Below, piece after piece: positions 39,617-49,199 of a stretch of 64,000 nucleotides of DNA (its first letter is position 1; the number at the start of each line of letters is the position of its first letter). The stretch covers positions 1-64,000 of the forward strand of contig JAXMNT010000022.1 of the NCBI GenBank assembly GCA_034670305.1, given 5' to 3'. The DNA comes from Deltaproteobacteria bacterium. GTDB taxonomy: Bacteria; Myxococcota_A; Polyangia; Polyangiales; Houyiibacteriaceae. Made by a program: the position numbers and the translations under genes. The notes beneath the pieces were generated by a model that was given only the letters and a program-made list of their open reading frames with translations, ran no database searches and was not told where the DNA came from.

Positions 39617-40030
39617 ATGCGTACCCGAGAAGACATCGAGTCGTACTTGATGAGGTCCAGCCTCTCGTACAAGAACGTCCATGTAGAGGACGGCACCGAC
39701 GACGGCATGTGGCTCGTCAAGGACGTGCACACCGAGCAAGCCTTGGTCGTCAGCGTCAGCGGACCGCTTCTCCTGTTCCGGATGAAGGTCATGACGCTCG
39801 ACGACGTGAAGGACAAAGCGGGTTTGTTCACCCAGCTGCTCCAGTACAACGCCAGCGACATGGTCCACGGCTCCTACGGCTTGTCCGACGGCGCGGTGGT
39901 GCTCACCGCGGGGCTGCTTCTCGAGAACCTCGACTACAACGAGTTCCAGGGCACGGTCGACGACATGACCCTGGCGCTCAACAACCACTACCAGAATTTG
40001 AGCGGCTACCGCGGCGACCACGCCGCGTGA
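39617..40030 (+). CDS. CesT/YbjN-like (type III chaperone fold) protein
   Basis: 137 aa, acidic; LF.QLLQYNA...VHGSYGL and LENLD.NEF. SD GAGGAG before the ATG at 39617. Confidence 0.8.
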   Translation: MRTREDIESYLMRSSLSYKNVHVEDGTDDGMWLVKDVHTEQALVVSVSGPLLLFRMKVMTLDDVKDKAGLFTQLLQYNASDMVHGSYGLSDGAVVLTAGLLLENLDYNEFQGTVDDMTLALNNHYQNLSGYRGDHAA

Positions 40031-40064
40031 CCCCCCTCACTGCAGAAAGCGGAGACTGAGTTCG

Positions 40065-40865
40065 ATGGGTTTCTTCGGCCGCCTCGCGCAGCTCATCAAG
40101 AGCAACCTCAACGATCTGATCAGCAAGTCGGAAGACCCGGCGAAGATGTTGAACCAGGTCATCCTCGACATGAACAAACAGCTCGTCGAGGCGAAGAAGC
40201 AAGTTGCTGTCGCCATCGCCGACGAGAAACGGCTTCGCAAGCAGCTGGAGAACGAAGGCGCCGTCGCTGAAGAGTGGGAGAAGAAGGCCATGATGGCCAT
40301 CCGCGCCGGCGACGACGAGCTGGCGAAGGAAGCCCTGCAGCGGAAGAAGGAGCACTCGTCGCTCGCCGCTCAGTACAAGGACCAGTGGGAGAAGCAGAAG
40401 ACCGCCACCGATCAGCTGAAGACGGCGCTCCGGGCGCTGAACCACAAGATCGAAGAAGCCAAGCGCAAGAAGAACGTGCTCATCGCACGCGAGCGCCGGG
40501 CCAAGGCGATGAAGAGCATCCAGGAGACGATGAGCGGGCTCTCCGACACGAGCGCGTTCGAGACCTTCGACCGGATGAGCGAGAAGATCGATCAGATGGA
40601 GTCCGAGGCCGAAGCCGCCTCGGAGCTCAGCGAGGAGTACTCGGGCGACGTGCTCAAGCACAAGTTCGCCACGCTCGAAGCCACCGCCGGTGCCGATGAA
40701 GATCTCGTCGAGCTGAAGAAGCGCATGGGCCTCATCGAAGAAGAAGCGCCCGCTGCGCCCGCGGTGGAAGCCCGCATCGATGCGGAAGAAGAGATCTCCG
40801 AGGAAGAGATGGCCGAGCTCGAAGAAGCCCTCGAAGCGCTCAAGCAGCGCGAAATGGGCGGCTGA
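40065..40865 (+). CDS. pspA: PspA/IM30 family protein
   Basis: MGFFGRL..LIKSNLN.LISKSEDP.KML.Q...DM, G.DELAKEAL, FDRMSEKI; acidic C-terminal extension. Confidence 0.96.
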   Translation: MGFFGRLAQLIKSNLNDLISKSEDPAKMLNQVILDMNKQLVEAKKQVAVAIADEKRLRKQLENEGAVAEEWEKKAMMAIRAGDDELAKEALQRKKEHSSLAAQYKDQWEKQKTATDQLKTALRALNHKIEEAKRKKNVLIARERRAKAMKSIQETMSGLSDTSAFETFDRMSEKIDQMESEAEAASELSEEYSGDVLKHKFATLEATAGADEDLVELKKRMGLIEEEAPAAPAVEARIDAEEEISEEEMAELEEALEALKQREMGG

Positions 40866-40880
40866 GCCACCCGTTCCGGA

Positions 40881-40929
40881 AGAACCAAGACGCATCGCCC
40901 GTACACTGGGCGATGCGTTTTCTTGTTCT
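40881..40929 (+). terminator. Intrinsic terminator after pspA
   Basis: Stem AAGACGCATCGCCC / GGGCGATGCGTTTT followed by CTTGTT. Confidence 0.8.
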
Positions 40930-41332
40930 GGCGGCCCTTGCGTGGACAGTCCTCCGGGCTCCACCCGCCCACAGTCAGCCGCCCGATTCCGCACCGTCCC
41001 AGGCCACTGTGCAGGGGGTCGTCGCCTCCGTGGTCGCCGCGGTTCTGGAAGTTCGGCTCACGGCCGAACTCGCAGGCGTGCGCGTCGAGTTCGGCTCGGC
41101 CCATCCGACCGTCGTCGCACTCCAGGCGCGACTCGATGCGGTCCGAGGCGCCGCCGGCCGCATCACGCCAGCGCAGCGCTCCGCCTTCTGCGCTGGGGTG
41201 GCCGACCTCCGTATCCACGCCGTCGACGACGGGTTGCGGCTCGGCCAGATCTACGGACCGCGCCACCCCGCGATCCGCCGGGCGACCGCTTACTCGAACG
41301 CCCTGACCGGCTGGGGCTGCCCGAGTCGGTAG
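40913..41332 (+). CDS. Small exported hypothetical protein
   Basis: Signal-like N-terminus; two internal (F/Y)G..HP motifs; two Cys. Confidence 0.6.
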   Translation: MRFLVLAALAWTVLRAPPAHSQPPDSAPSQATVQGVVASVVAAVLEVRLTAELAGVRVEFGSAHPTVVALQARLDAVRGAAGRITPAQRSAFCAGVADLRIHAVDDGLRLGQIYGPRHPAIRRATAYSNALTGWGCPSR

Positions 41333-41367
41333 GGCGCAGCGCCGCGTCCCTCAGCTGAAGGAAGCAG

Positions 41368-41505
41368 CCGCTGTCTCCGACTCTGCCGCTGTCTCTGCCG
41401 CTGTCTCTGCCGCTGTCTCTGCCGCTGTCTCTGCCGCTGTCTCTGCCGCTGTCTCTGCCGCTGTCTCTGCCGCTGTCTGCCGCTGTCTCTGCCGCTGCCG
41501 CTGTG
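41368..41505. repeat. Intergenic tract C: tandem 12-mer CTGCCGCTGTCT
   Basis: Directly visible tandem array with no spacers. Confidence 0.95.
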
Positions 41506-41552
41506 TTGCCTCCGAAGCCGAAGGCGAAGAGCCACGCCAAGCCGGAGGCGCG

Positions 41553-42656
41553 TCAGAACCCGAGCTCGACCCACTCCCCGCGGTCGGCCGGTCCGCGGCA
41601 GGCCCATGCTTTGCGCTCGCTCGGCGAACCGATGAACACCGCGTTGGTCGCGGTGCCTTGTGCGTCTTCCTCGTAGCGGTTGATGCTCAGCAGTCCGTCG
41701 GTCCGGTCCGCGAAGATGGTCTTCAGCGCCGCGACGTCGAGCTTGGAGCCGTCGGCCGGCTTCAGCATCGCGCCGAGGCGCGCGAACCGCTTCTCGCTGC
41801 TCTCGCCGCGCACCTCGCCTTCGAGTTTCTGGTGGCCGTCGAAGATGCAGTGGTTGGTTCGCCAGACCGGTCCCTCGCTGGTCTCCCGCAGGAAGAGCGC
41901 GTTGGGCGACGCCTCGAACTCGATCTGCGAATCGGCGTCCGCGAGCCAGTAGGTGTGCGCCCCCGCATGCGGCGCGTTCTCCACGATCGCGCGCGCGGCG
42001 GCGACGTCGTTCTCCCGGATCGCGCGGTGCAAGATCGAGAGGTAGCCGACCCCGGCCCGCGAGCCGTACGTCTTGACGTTGGTGGTGCCGACGGAGAGGC
42101 CGTGTTCGTTCATGCCGACGAGCGTCAGACACCCCGTGCAGGTCACCGACCAGGTCTTCGGCCCTTCGGTCGGGCTGCGTTTGACCGCGACCACGTACGC
42201 CACGTCCGGAGGGTTGAGATCCCAGGTCTGCCCCGCGTACGCGCGGCCGCCTTCGCCATGGCTGCCGGGCACCAGCACCGACGAGCAGCCCTCGTCGACG
42301 AGCTTCTTCAGGCGCGGACCCTCGGGCGCGGCCAGGAGCACCGCGTCCCGGAAGTCGGTCATGTTGCACGCGGTGTAGAGCCGCAGTGGATCGACCCCGG
42401 CGCCCTCCGCGATGCCGACCTGCTCAGCGTGCCCCTCCGGGTCCCAGGCCTCGTACAGCGCCTGCGCGGCCGTCCCCACCCCGAGCACCTTCTCGCGGTG
42501 GTCGCCGCTTCGGTACCCGCGGTCGTGGAAGTAACCGTCCATCGCTTCGAAGCGCATCTCGACGAAGCTGCGGATGCGCTCCCGGAACGCTTCGCCCTGC
42601 CCGCGACCGAGCGCCGCCGGGCTGCCCGACACTTCCAACCGTTCAAGCTGAATCAT
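41553..42656 (-). CDS. C45 family Ntn-hydrolase (acyl-CoA:6-APA acyltransferase-like)
   Basis: EGCSS autoprocessing site, GQTWD, GMNEHGL, TNH, S..R..R. Confidence 0.9.
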   Translation of the reverse strand: MIQLERLEVSGSPAALGRGQGEAFRERIRSFVEMRFEAMDGYFHDRGYRSGDHREKVLGVGTAAQALYEAWDPEGHAEQVGIAEGAGVDPLRLYTACNMTDFRDAVLLAAPEGPRLKKLVDEGCSSVLVPGSHGEGGRAYAGQTWDLNPPDVAYVVAVKRSPTEGPKTWSVTCTGCLTLVGMNEHGLSVGTTNVKTYGSRAGVGYLSILHRAIRENDVAAARAIVENAPHAGAHTYWLADADSQIEFEASPNALFLRETSEGPVWRTNHCIFDGHQKLEGEVRGESSEKRFARLGAMLKPADGSKLDVAALKTIFADRTDGLLSINRYEEDAQGTATNAVFIGSPSERKAWACRGPADRGEWVELGF

Positions 42657-42683
42657 GCCCGGAACCTACGGCGCGACCGGGGG

Positions 42684-43400
42684 TTAGGCCAGGCCGACGA
42701 AGAGGGTTTGTACGTCGTCGTCGGCGTCGAGGGCTTCGAGGAACGCTTCGACTTCGGCGAGGGCGTCGCCTTCGAGCGTGAGCGGGTTCTTCGCCTTGTG
42801 GATGAGGTTGGCGGCGCTCACCGTCCAGCCCCGCTCCTCGAGCGCGCGGCGCACCGCGTCCAGATCGGTGGCATCGGTGTAGAAGATGGTTCCCGCCGGA
42901 CTGCCGTCGTCGGCTTCGGCCGGTTCGAGGTCCTGGGCGCCGGCTTCGATCGCTTCGGTCTCGGGGTCGACCGCCTCCGGGTGTTCGGCTTCGATGCACC
43001 CGAGCCGGTCGAAGTCCCAGGTGACCGATCCGGACGCGCCGAGCTGCGCGTTGCCTTTGTCGAAGATGACTCGGATGTTGGCCGCGGTGCGGTTGCGGTT
43101 GTCCGTGAGGCATTCGACCACCACCGGCACCTGGTGCGGCGCGTAGCCTTCGTAGGTGACGGTGTCGTAGCGCACGCTGCCGTCCGTCAGCCCCGCGCCC
43201 TTCTTGATCGCGCGCTCGAGCGTCTCGCGGGTCATCGAAGCCTTCTTCGCGGCTTCGATCGCCATCCGCAGACGCGCGTTCATGCTCGGGTCCGCGCCGT
43301 CCCGGGCCGCGATCGCGATCTCCTTGGACAGCTTCGCAAAGATGCGCCCCTTGGCCGCGGCCGAGCTCTCCCGATGCTTCTGTTTCCACTGCGCGCCCAT
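42684..43400 (-). CDS. yebC: YebC/PmpR family protein
   Basis: [50 protein letters not shown]. Confidence 0.96.
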   Translation of the reverse strand: MGAQWKQKHRESSAAAKGRIFAKLSKEIAIAARDGADPSMNARLRMAIEAAKKASMTRETLERAIKKGAGLTDGSVRYDTVTYEGYAPHQVPVVVECLTDNRNRTAANIRVIFDKGNAQLGASGSVTWDFDRLGCIEAEHPEAVDPETEAIEAGAQDLEPAEADDGSPAGTIFYTDATDLDAVRRALEERGWTVSAANLIHKAKNPLTLEGDALAEVEAFLEALDADDDVQTLFVGLA

Positions 43401-43731
43401 CCGAAAACCTCCGTGCCTCCAGATACCACGGACCCAGCTGCGAGCACGTGCAGGGCCGCCAGGGTCGCGGAAGGTGAGGGCGGCGGCACCCGCACGTGCA
43501 GGCGCCCAGGAGAGGAAGGCCGAAGGCAGGAGGAGGAACCCTTCCCGCTCAGACTCCGGGGCGCGACGTCCCACAGCGCAGCAGCAGCAGTGCGCGGCCC
43601 GCGACTGACGCGGACCTCGCACCCACGTTTGGCGGCTGAGCCGCCGCCGAGCCAGAGCCCTTCCGCCAGTGGGCGTTCCCAAAATCCGAAGGATTGAAGG
43701 GAGCCGACTTTCCGAAGGAAGAGGCTGCGGG

Positions 43732-43867
43732 CTGTTGCTGATTCTGATTCTGATTCTGGCTCTGCCTCTGCCTCTGATTCTGGTTCTGATTCTGATTCTG
43801 GTTCTGGTTCTGATTCTGGTTCTGGCTCTGCCTCTGATTCTGCCTCTGACACTGTCTCAGTCTCTGC
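43732..43867. repeat. Intergenic tract D: (CTGATT/CTGGTT/CTGCCT)n
   Basis: Directly visible 6-bp periodicity. Confidence 0.95.
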
Positions 43868-43907
43868 CCACCCAAGCCGCGCCGGGGTCGTGTGGCACAC
43901 TGCGGCT

Positions 43908-44693
43908 ATGGAAATCGAAGCTGCGGGCAAGAGCGACGTCGGGAAGGTTCGCTCGTCCAATGAAGACGCCTACCTGATCGACCTGAAGCTCGGCCTCTTC
44001 GCGGTGGCCGATGGCATGGGCGGACACAACGCGGGCGAGGTCGCGTCGCGGCTGGCGCTCGACACCCTCCAAGCGAAGGTGGCCGCTGCGTCTGCCGAGA
44101 CCCCACTCGCCGAGTGTGTGTCCGAAGCGATCGTCGCCGCGTCCCACGCGGTGGCATCGGCGGCGGCGGCCGACGAAGGCCGACAAGGCATGGGCACCAC
44201 GCTGACCGCGCTGCTCATCCGCGACGGAAAGGCCGTGGTGGGCCACGTGGGCGACTCGCGGCTCTACCAGGTGCGCTGGGGTGAGATCGAAAAGCTGACC
44301 GAAGACCACACCGCGGTCGCGGAGATGGTGCGGCTCGGCGCGATGGACGAAGAAGATGCCAAGGGACACCCGTGGGCGAGCATCCTGTCGCGGGTGGTCG
44401 GCAAGGGCGACGTCGAGGTGCAGACCGCAGCGATCGAGCTGGAGCCGGGCGACCGTTTTCTGATCTGCTCCGATGGCTTCAGCGACTCGCTCACCGACCC
44501 GGCCTGGGTCAGCTCCGTCGTCCAGCAGGCACCGCGCGAATCCGCCGAAGAACTGGTCTCCCGGGCGATCGAACTCGACGGCAGCGACAACGCGACCGCG
44601 CTCGTGATCGCGGTCGGTTCGAACGAGGTGCGGAAGGAGCGCCGCTCGCTCTGGAAACGCTTCCGCGAAGCGGTCTCCGGCAGCTCTTCTTGA
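43908..44693 (+). CDS. PP2C-type Ser/Thr protein phosphatase
   Basis: SDVGKVRSSNED, VADGMGGH, GMGTT, HVGDSRLY, LICSDG, DNAT. Confidence 0.96.
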   Translation: MEIEAAGKSDVGKVRSSNEDAYLIDLKLGLFAVADGMGGHNAGEVASRLALDTLQAKVAAASAETPLAECVSEAIVAASHAVASAAAADEGRQGMGTTLTALLIRDGKAVVGHVGDSRLYQVRWGEIEKLTEDHTAVAEMVRLGAMDEEDAKGHPWASILSRVVGKGDVEVQTAAIELEPGDRFLICSDGFSDSLTDPAWVSSVVQQAPRESAEELVSRAIELDGSDNATALVIAVGSNEVRKERRSLWKRFREAVSGSSS

Positions 44694-44744
44694 GTCACAC
44701 CACGGGCCTGGCGGCCCACCGCAACGGCGGCATCCGCCGTTGCG

Positions 44745-45047
44745 TCAGTCCTTGGCCTTCTTCGCGGTCTTCTTCGCGGGCTTGGATTCGGACTTCGTCG
44801 ACGAGGCGCTGTCGGAGCTCGACTCGGTCTTCGGGAGCTTCTTCTTCTTGCCGCCCTTGTTGGACGGGCCGCTGTAGAGGTCCGACTCCCAGCCACCGCC
44901 CTTGAGGATGAAGCTGCTGCCCGAAATCATGCGGCGCGCCTTGAGCTTGCCGCACTTCTTGCACTTCTTGATCGGGTCTTCCGTGATGCGCTGCTCGACG
45001 GAGAACTCCTTGTTGCAGGCATCGCACTTGTAGTCGTAAGTCGGCAT
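44745..45047 (-). CDS. FmdB family zinc-ribbon protein
   Basis: MPTYDYKCDAC...CKKCG...ILKGGGW; Lys/Ser-rich tail. Confidence 0.93.
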   Translation of the reverse strand: MPTYDYKCDACNKEFSVEQRITEDPIKKCKKCGKLKARRMISGSSFILKGGGWESDLYSGPSNKGGKKKKLPKTESSSDSASSTKSESKPAKKTAKKAKD

Positions 45048-45117
45048 CGGCGGATCTGTTAACCCACCGCCGAGGCAGGTCAAGCGGCGGGCCCTCGCAG
45101 CGGTCGGCGGGCCTCAT

Positions 45118-45320
45118 GGCGTCGCCGGCTTCGGGCTCGGCTTCGGCGTCGAGCTCGGCGTCGGGTCCGGCTTCGGCATCGGCGTCGGCTTCGGCTTCGG
45201 CTTCGGCGTCGGCTTCGGCTTCGGCGTCGGCTTCGGGTTCGGGTTCGGGGGTCGACTTCGGCTTCGGCTTCGGCGTCTTGCTTTCGGAGTCGGGCACGGG
45301 CACGGGCACGGGCACGGGGC
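45118..45320. repeat. Intergenic tract E: (GGCTTC/GGCGTC)n ending in (GGGCAC)4
   Basis: Directly visible 6-bp periodicity. Confidence 0.93.
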
Positions 45321-45339
45321 GGCCCGGCTCAGGCCGGGC

Positions 45340-47664
45340 CTAGGCCGGCTGCAGGAACCGTAGGGCCAGTCGCTTCTTCTCTCCGCTTTGGAAGATGACT
45401 TCGACCTTGGGAGTCATGCCCATGGTGTCGACGGAGAGGACTTTGCCGATGCCGAACTTCTTGTGGCGGACGCGCATGCCGCGCACGACGCCCGCGCCGA
45501 CTTCGCCGTAGTCGACGTAGCTCTCGCCGGACTCGACGACCGGGGAGGTGGGTGCGACCACGTCGTCCCAGGGATCGGACGCGATGGGTGCGCGCCCTCC
45601 GTAGCCGGCGCCGCTCCGGCCGCGCGTCGGTGCGGTGCCGCGGGGGGCGATGCCGATCCACTCGACGTCTTCGCGCGGCATCTCTTCGAGAAAGCGCGAT
45701 GGGTTGCCCGGGCGCACTTGGCCGTAGAGGCGGCGGATCTGGGCGTAGCTCAAGATCAGTTGTTTGCGGGCGCGGGTGAACGCGACGTAGGCGAGACGCC
45801 GCTCTTCTTCGAGCTCATCCGGGTCCTGTCCGTACTCGGTGCCGCGCATCGGGAAGGTGCCTTCTTCGAGGCCGGTCACCATGACGGTGTCGAACTCGAG
45901 GCCCTTGGCGGCGTGCACCGTCATCAACGTGACCTTCTCGCGCGCGTCGTCTTCGTCGGCGCTGGTCGCGAGGGTCACTTCTTCCAGGTAGTCCGAGACG
46001 CTCGGGTCGCCTTCTTGTTCGCCCGCCCGGTCGCGCAGGAATTCTTCCATCGAACCGACGAGCTCTTCGAGGTTCTGGATGCGCGCGTCGGACTCGGGGT
46101 TGTTGTCGAGTTTGAGCTTCGCGACGATGCCGGTCGCTTCGAGGATCTCGCCGGCCAACTCGTTGAGCACCAGCTCCGGCACCTTGGCGCGCAGCCGCTC
46201 GATCAGTTCCCGGAACCCGCGCAGCTTCTTCTTCGCGCCGGCGTTGAGCCGCGCGTGGTCGTCGGCTTGCTCGATCGCCTGCCAGACGCCGGTGCCGTGC
46301 AGGCTCGCGTGGTTCAAGAGCCGCTCGGCGGTGGTCTTGCCGATGCCGCGCGCGGGCACGTTCAAGATCCGGAGCACGCTCACGTCGTCCTCGGGGTTCA
46401 CGAGCACCCGCAGGTAGGCGAGCAGGTCTTTGACTTCCGCGCGGTCGTAGAAGCGCACGCCGCCGACCACGCGGTAGGGCACGTTGCGCTGGCGGAGCGC
46501 TTCTTCGAGCACGCGTGACTGGGCGTGGGTTCGGTAGAACACCGCGACCTCGTCGAGCGAGTCGCCTTTGCCGCTCAACTCCTCGATGCCGCGCACCACC
46601 ATGCGCGCTTCGTCGCGTTCGTCTTCGGTGCGGACCACGAACACCGGCTCGCCGAGCTCGTTGTCGGTCCACATCTCTTTCGGCTCGCGATCGACGTTGC
46701 GGGCGATGACCGCGTGGGCCACCCGCAGGATGCGCTGGGAGCTGCGGTAGTTCTGCTCGAGCTTGATGACCACGGCCTGCGGGTAGGCCTGCTTGAAGTC
46801 GAGGATGTTGCGCCGGTCGGCGCCGCGCCATCCGTAGATCGACTGGTCGTCGTCGCCCACCACGACCAGGTTGCCGTGGCCGCTGGCGAACGCGCGCACG
46901 AGCCGAAGCTGCGCGTGGTTCGTGTCTTGGAACTCGTCGACGAGCACATGCAGGAAGCGGCCGGCGAGCTCTTCGCGGAGCTTGGTGTTCTCTTCGAGGC
47001 CGAGCGCCATCCGGTAGATGAGATCGCCGAAGTCGAGCGCGTTCGCGCGCCGCATGTGTTTCTCGTAGGTGCCGTAGAGCCGGCGGATGACCTCGTGGAA
47101 GGGGTCGCCTTCGGTGACGTAGTCGTCGGGGCCGACCATCTCCTGTTTGGCGTGGTTGATCGCGCCCTGGATCGCTTTGGCCGCGATGCGCTTCGGGTTC
47201 ACGTTCAACTCGGTCATCACGCGCTTGATCATCGCGCGCTGATCCTGGTCGTCGTAGATCGAGAACCCGCGGTCGAGGCCGAGGTCGTTCGCGTGTTTGC
47301 GAAGGAGCCGCGCGCAGGTGGAGTGGAAGGTGCCGACCTGCAGGCTCTTGATGCCGCCGCGGGTGGAGACCTTGTGGCCGACCAGGACCTCGAGCCGCTC
47401 GCGCATCTCGGCGGCGGCTTTGTTGGTGAAGGTCACCGCCAAGATGCGGTAGGGGGAGACGCCGCGCTCGGCGATGAGGTGGGCGATCCGGTGGGTGATG
47501 ACCCGGGTCTTGCCGCTGCCCGCGCCCGCGAACACGACCAGTGGGCCGTCGCCATGAAGCACGGCTTCGCGCTGGGGATCGTTGAGCCCCTCGAGATCGA
47601 TCGTCTCGGTCTTGGCCGGCTGGTCGAAGAGGCCGCGCTGGAGGCTGTCTCGAAGGTCACTCAT
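45340..47664 (-). CDS. pcrA: UvrD/PcrA DNA helicase
   Basis: AGAGSGKT, TFTNKAA, VDEFQDTN, VGDDDQSIY, QNYRS, TVHAAKGLEF, EEERRLAYVA.TRA; C-terminal Tudor-like domain. Confidence 0.97.
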   Translation of the reverse strand: MSDLRDSLQRGLFDQPAKTETIDLEGLNDPQREAVLHGDGPLVVFAGAGSGKTRVITHRIAHLIAERGVSPYRILAVTFTNKAAAEMRERLEVLVGHKVSTRGGIKSLQVGTFHSTCARLLRKHANDLGLDRGFSIYDDQDQRAMIKRVMTELNVNPKRIAAKAIQGAINHAKQEMVGPDDYVTEGDPFHEVIRRLYGTYEKHMRRANALDFGDLIYRMALGLEENTKLREELAGRFLHVLVDEFQDTNHAQLRLVRAFASGHGNLVVVGDDDQSIYGWRGADRRNILDFKQAYPQAVVIKLEQNYRSSQRILRVAHAVIARNVDREPKEMWTDNELGEPVFVVRTEDERDEARMVVRGIEELSGKGDSLDEVAVFYRTHAQSRVLEEALRQRNVPYRVVGGVRFYDRAEVKDLLAYLRVLVNPEDDVSVLRILNVPARGIGKTTAERLLNHASLHGTGVWQAIEQADDHARLNAGAKKKLRGFRELIERLRAKVPELVLNELAGEILEATGIVAKLKLDNNPESDARIQNLEELVGSMEEFLRDRAGEQEGDPSVSDYLEEVTLATSADEDDAREKVTLMTVHAAKGLEFDTVMVTGLEEGTFPMRGTEYGQDPDELEEERRLAYVAFTRARKQLILSYAQIRRLYGQVRPGNPSRFLEEMPREDVEWIGIAPRGTAPTRGRSGAGYGGRAPIASDPWDDVVAPTSPVVESGESYVDYGEVGAGVVRGMRVRHKKFGIGKVLSVDTMGMTPKVEVIFQSGEKKRLALRFLQPA

Positions 47665-47856
47665 GTTCAGGGTTGGCCGTGCCCGACCATGTCCAGGCGT
47701 TCAGGTAGCACAAACCCAGGGCCCGTCGCGACCCGAGCGTTTGTTGTCCGAGGGACACTTTGACGGCCTTCGGCGCCCTCGACCGCACGTGGGCTCACCA
47801 CGCCTTTCAAAAACTGCCCCAAACCCGGCCACGTGTTAGAACGCTCGGCAAGACCC

Positions 47857-48630
47857 GTGTCGTCGCAACCCCAGCCAGAACCCGCGGACGAAGCCCCGCC
47901 CGAAGAGGACGCGGAGGGGACGGAAGACGCCGTCGACGAGGATCCGACCGCAGACGCGAAGTCGGTGAATCGATTCGGCAAAGCCGCGTCCAAACGATCA
48001 GCGGCCAGCGCGGAAGAGCGTGAGCGGGACAAGATCCTCGTCCGAGAAGTACAGGCGGGCGATCAGGTGGCGTTTCGGGCGTTGTTCGACCGGTACCACC
48101 GGCGGGCGTTCGCGGTGGCCTTCGGAGTCGTGAAGAACAAACAGGATGCGCTGGACGTCGTTCAAGACGCGTTCATCAAAGTCCACAAGCACATCGGCAA
48201 CTTTCAAGGCACTTCCAGCTTCTACACCTGGCTCTACCGTATCGTCATGAACCTCTCCATCGACCATGTTCGCCGTACCAAGAAGGGCCGAGACGTCGAC
48301 TACGACGATCGGATCCGACGGGACACGGAAGAACTGGCGGGCGATGGGTCGCTTTCGCCGACATTGCTCGGGTCCAACCCGCGCAAGACCGTGCTCCGCA
48401 AGGAGCTGGCCGAGGCCATCCAGAAGGCACTCGACGAACTTCCGGCCTACCACCGGGCGGTCATCATGCTCCGTGAGGTCGAGGGGCTGAGCTACGAGGA
48501 GATGGCCCGCGTGCTCGAAGTGCCGAAGGGCACCATCATGAGCCGGCTGTTTCACGCGCGCAGGAAGATGCAGGAGTCCCTCGAGGGCTACATCCAAGGA
48601 GAGCTCGAGATCCGGGGCGAAGAGCAATGA
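47857..48630 (+). CDS. ECF sigma factor with acidic N-terminal extension
   Basis: DALDVVQDAF, FYTWLYRI..N, LRE.EGLSYEE, GTIMSRLFHAR. Start uncertain (47833 or 47857). Confidence 0.93.
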   Translation: MSSQPQPEPADEAPPEEDAEGTEDAVDEDPTADAKSVNRFGKAASKRSAASAEERERDKILVREVQAGDQVAFRALFDRYHRRAFAVAFGVVKNKQDALDVVQDAFIKVHKHIGNFQGTSSFYTWLYRIVMNLSIDHVRRTKKGRDVDYDDRIRRDTEELAGDGSLSPTLLGSNPRKTVLRKELAEAIQKALDELPAYHRAVIMLREVEGLSYEEMARVLEVPKGTIMSRLFHARRKMQESLEGYIQGELEIRGEEQ

Positions 48631-49199
48631 CCACCGAGACCGAAGAACATCTGCCCGACGACACGTTGCAACGCTTCTTCGATGGCGAGGCCACCGAGGG
48701 CGAAGCCAACGATCTGCAGGCACAGCTCGAGACCGAACTCGAATTGGCCCGTCTCGAGCGTCTCGAGCGGCTCGGTGGGTTGCTGCGCGACCACGCCGAC
48801 ACGCTCGGTGCGGACATCGATTCGAACGCGCTCTTCGACGGGATCCAGGCGGGCATCGACAAGGCCAAGTCCGAAGGCCCCCGCCTCCGCCTGATCCAGG
48901 GCCAGCGCCGTCAGCGCGCCGGGGTGGCCGTAGCCCTCGCGGTTGCGATCGCCGCGGCCGTCGCCCTCGTCTTCTACTTGAAGCCGCCGGCCGACGACAA
49001 CCTCGCCGAAGCGCATCCCTTCGACACCACGCAGGAAGTCATCGTGCACGACCTGCACCCGGTCGAAGTGCATCCGCCCGGTGGTTCCGAGGTCGAAGAC
49101 GTCGATTTCGGTGGCAACACGGGCACCATCTTTCAGGTGCCAGGTGAACACGGGCAGCCGCTGGCCGTCGTATGGATCGACGAAGAGGCCCACCCATGA
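48627..49199 (+). CDS. Putative anti-sigma factor (single TM)
   Basis: Coupled to the sigma stop; LQRFFDGE (ZAS-like fold without Cys), one TM helix and a periplasmic tail. Confidence 0.8.
   Translation: MTTETEEHLPDDTLQRFFDGEATEGEANDLQAQLETELELARLERLERLGGLLRDHADTLGADIDSNALFDGIQAGIDKAKSEGPRLRLIQGQRRQRAGVAVALAVAIAAAVALVFYLKPPADDNLAEAHPFDTTQEVIVHDLHPVEVHPPGGSEVEDVDFGGNTGTIFQVPGEHGQPLAVVWIDEEAHP

Noticed and set aside
41368-41505. Possible CRISPR array
   Set aside because: Contiguous 12-mers without unique spacers; no cas genes.
43444-43502. GCACGTGCAGG direct repeat and recurrent intergenic CACGTG
   Set aside because: Short, and common in GC-rich DNA including coding regions; enrichment cannot be shown by eye.
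43893-43907. Sigma54 promoter before the PP2C gene (TGGCAC...)
   Set aside because: GG-to-GC spacing is 9, not 10, and it is too close to the ATG; better read as an extended -10.
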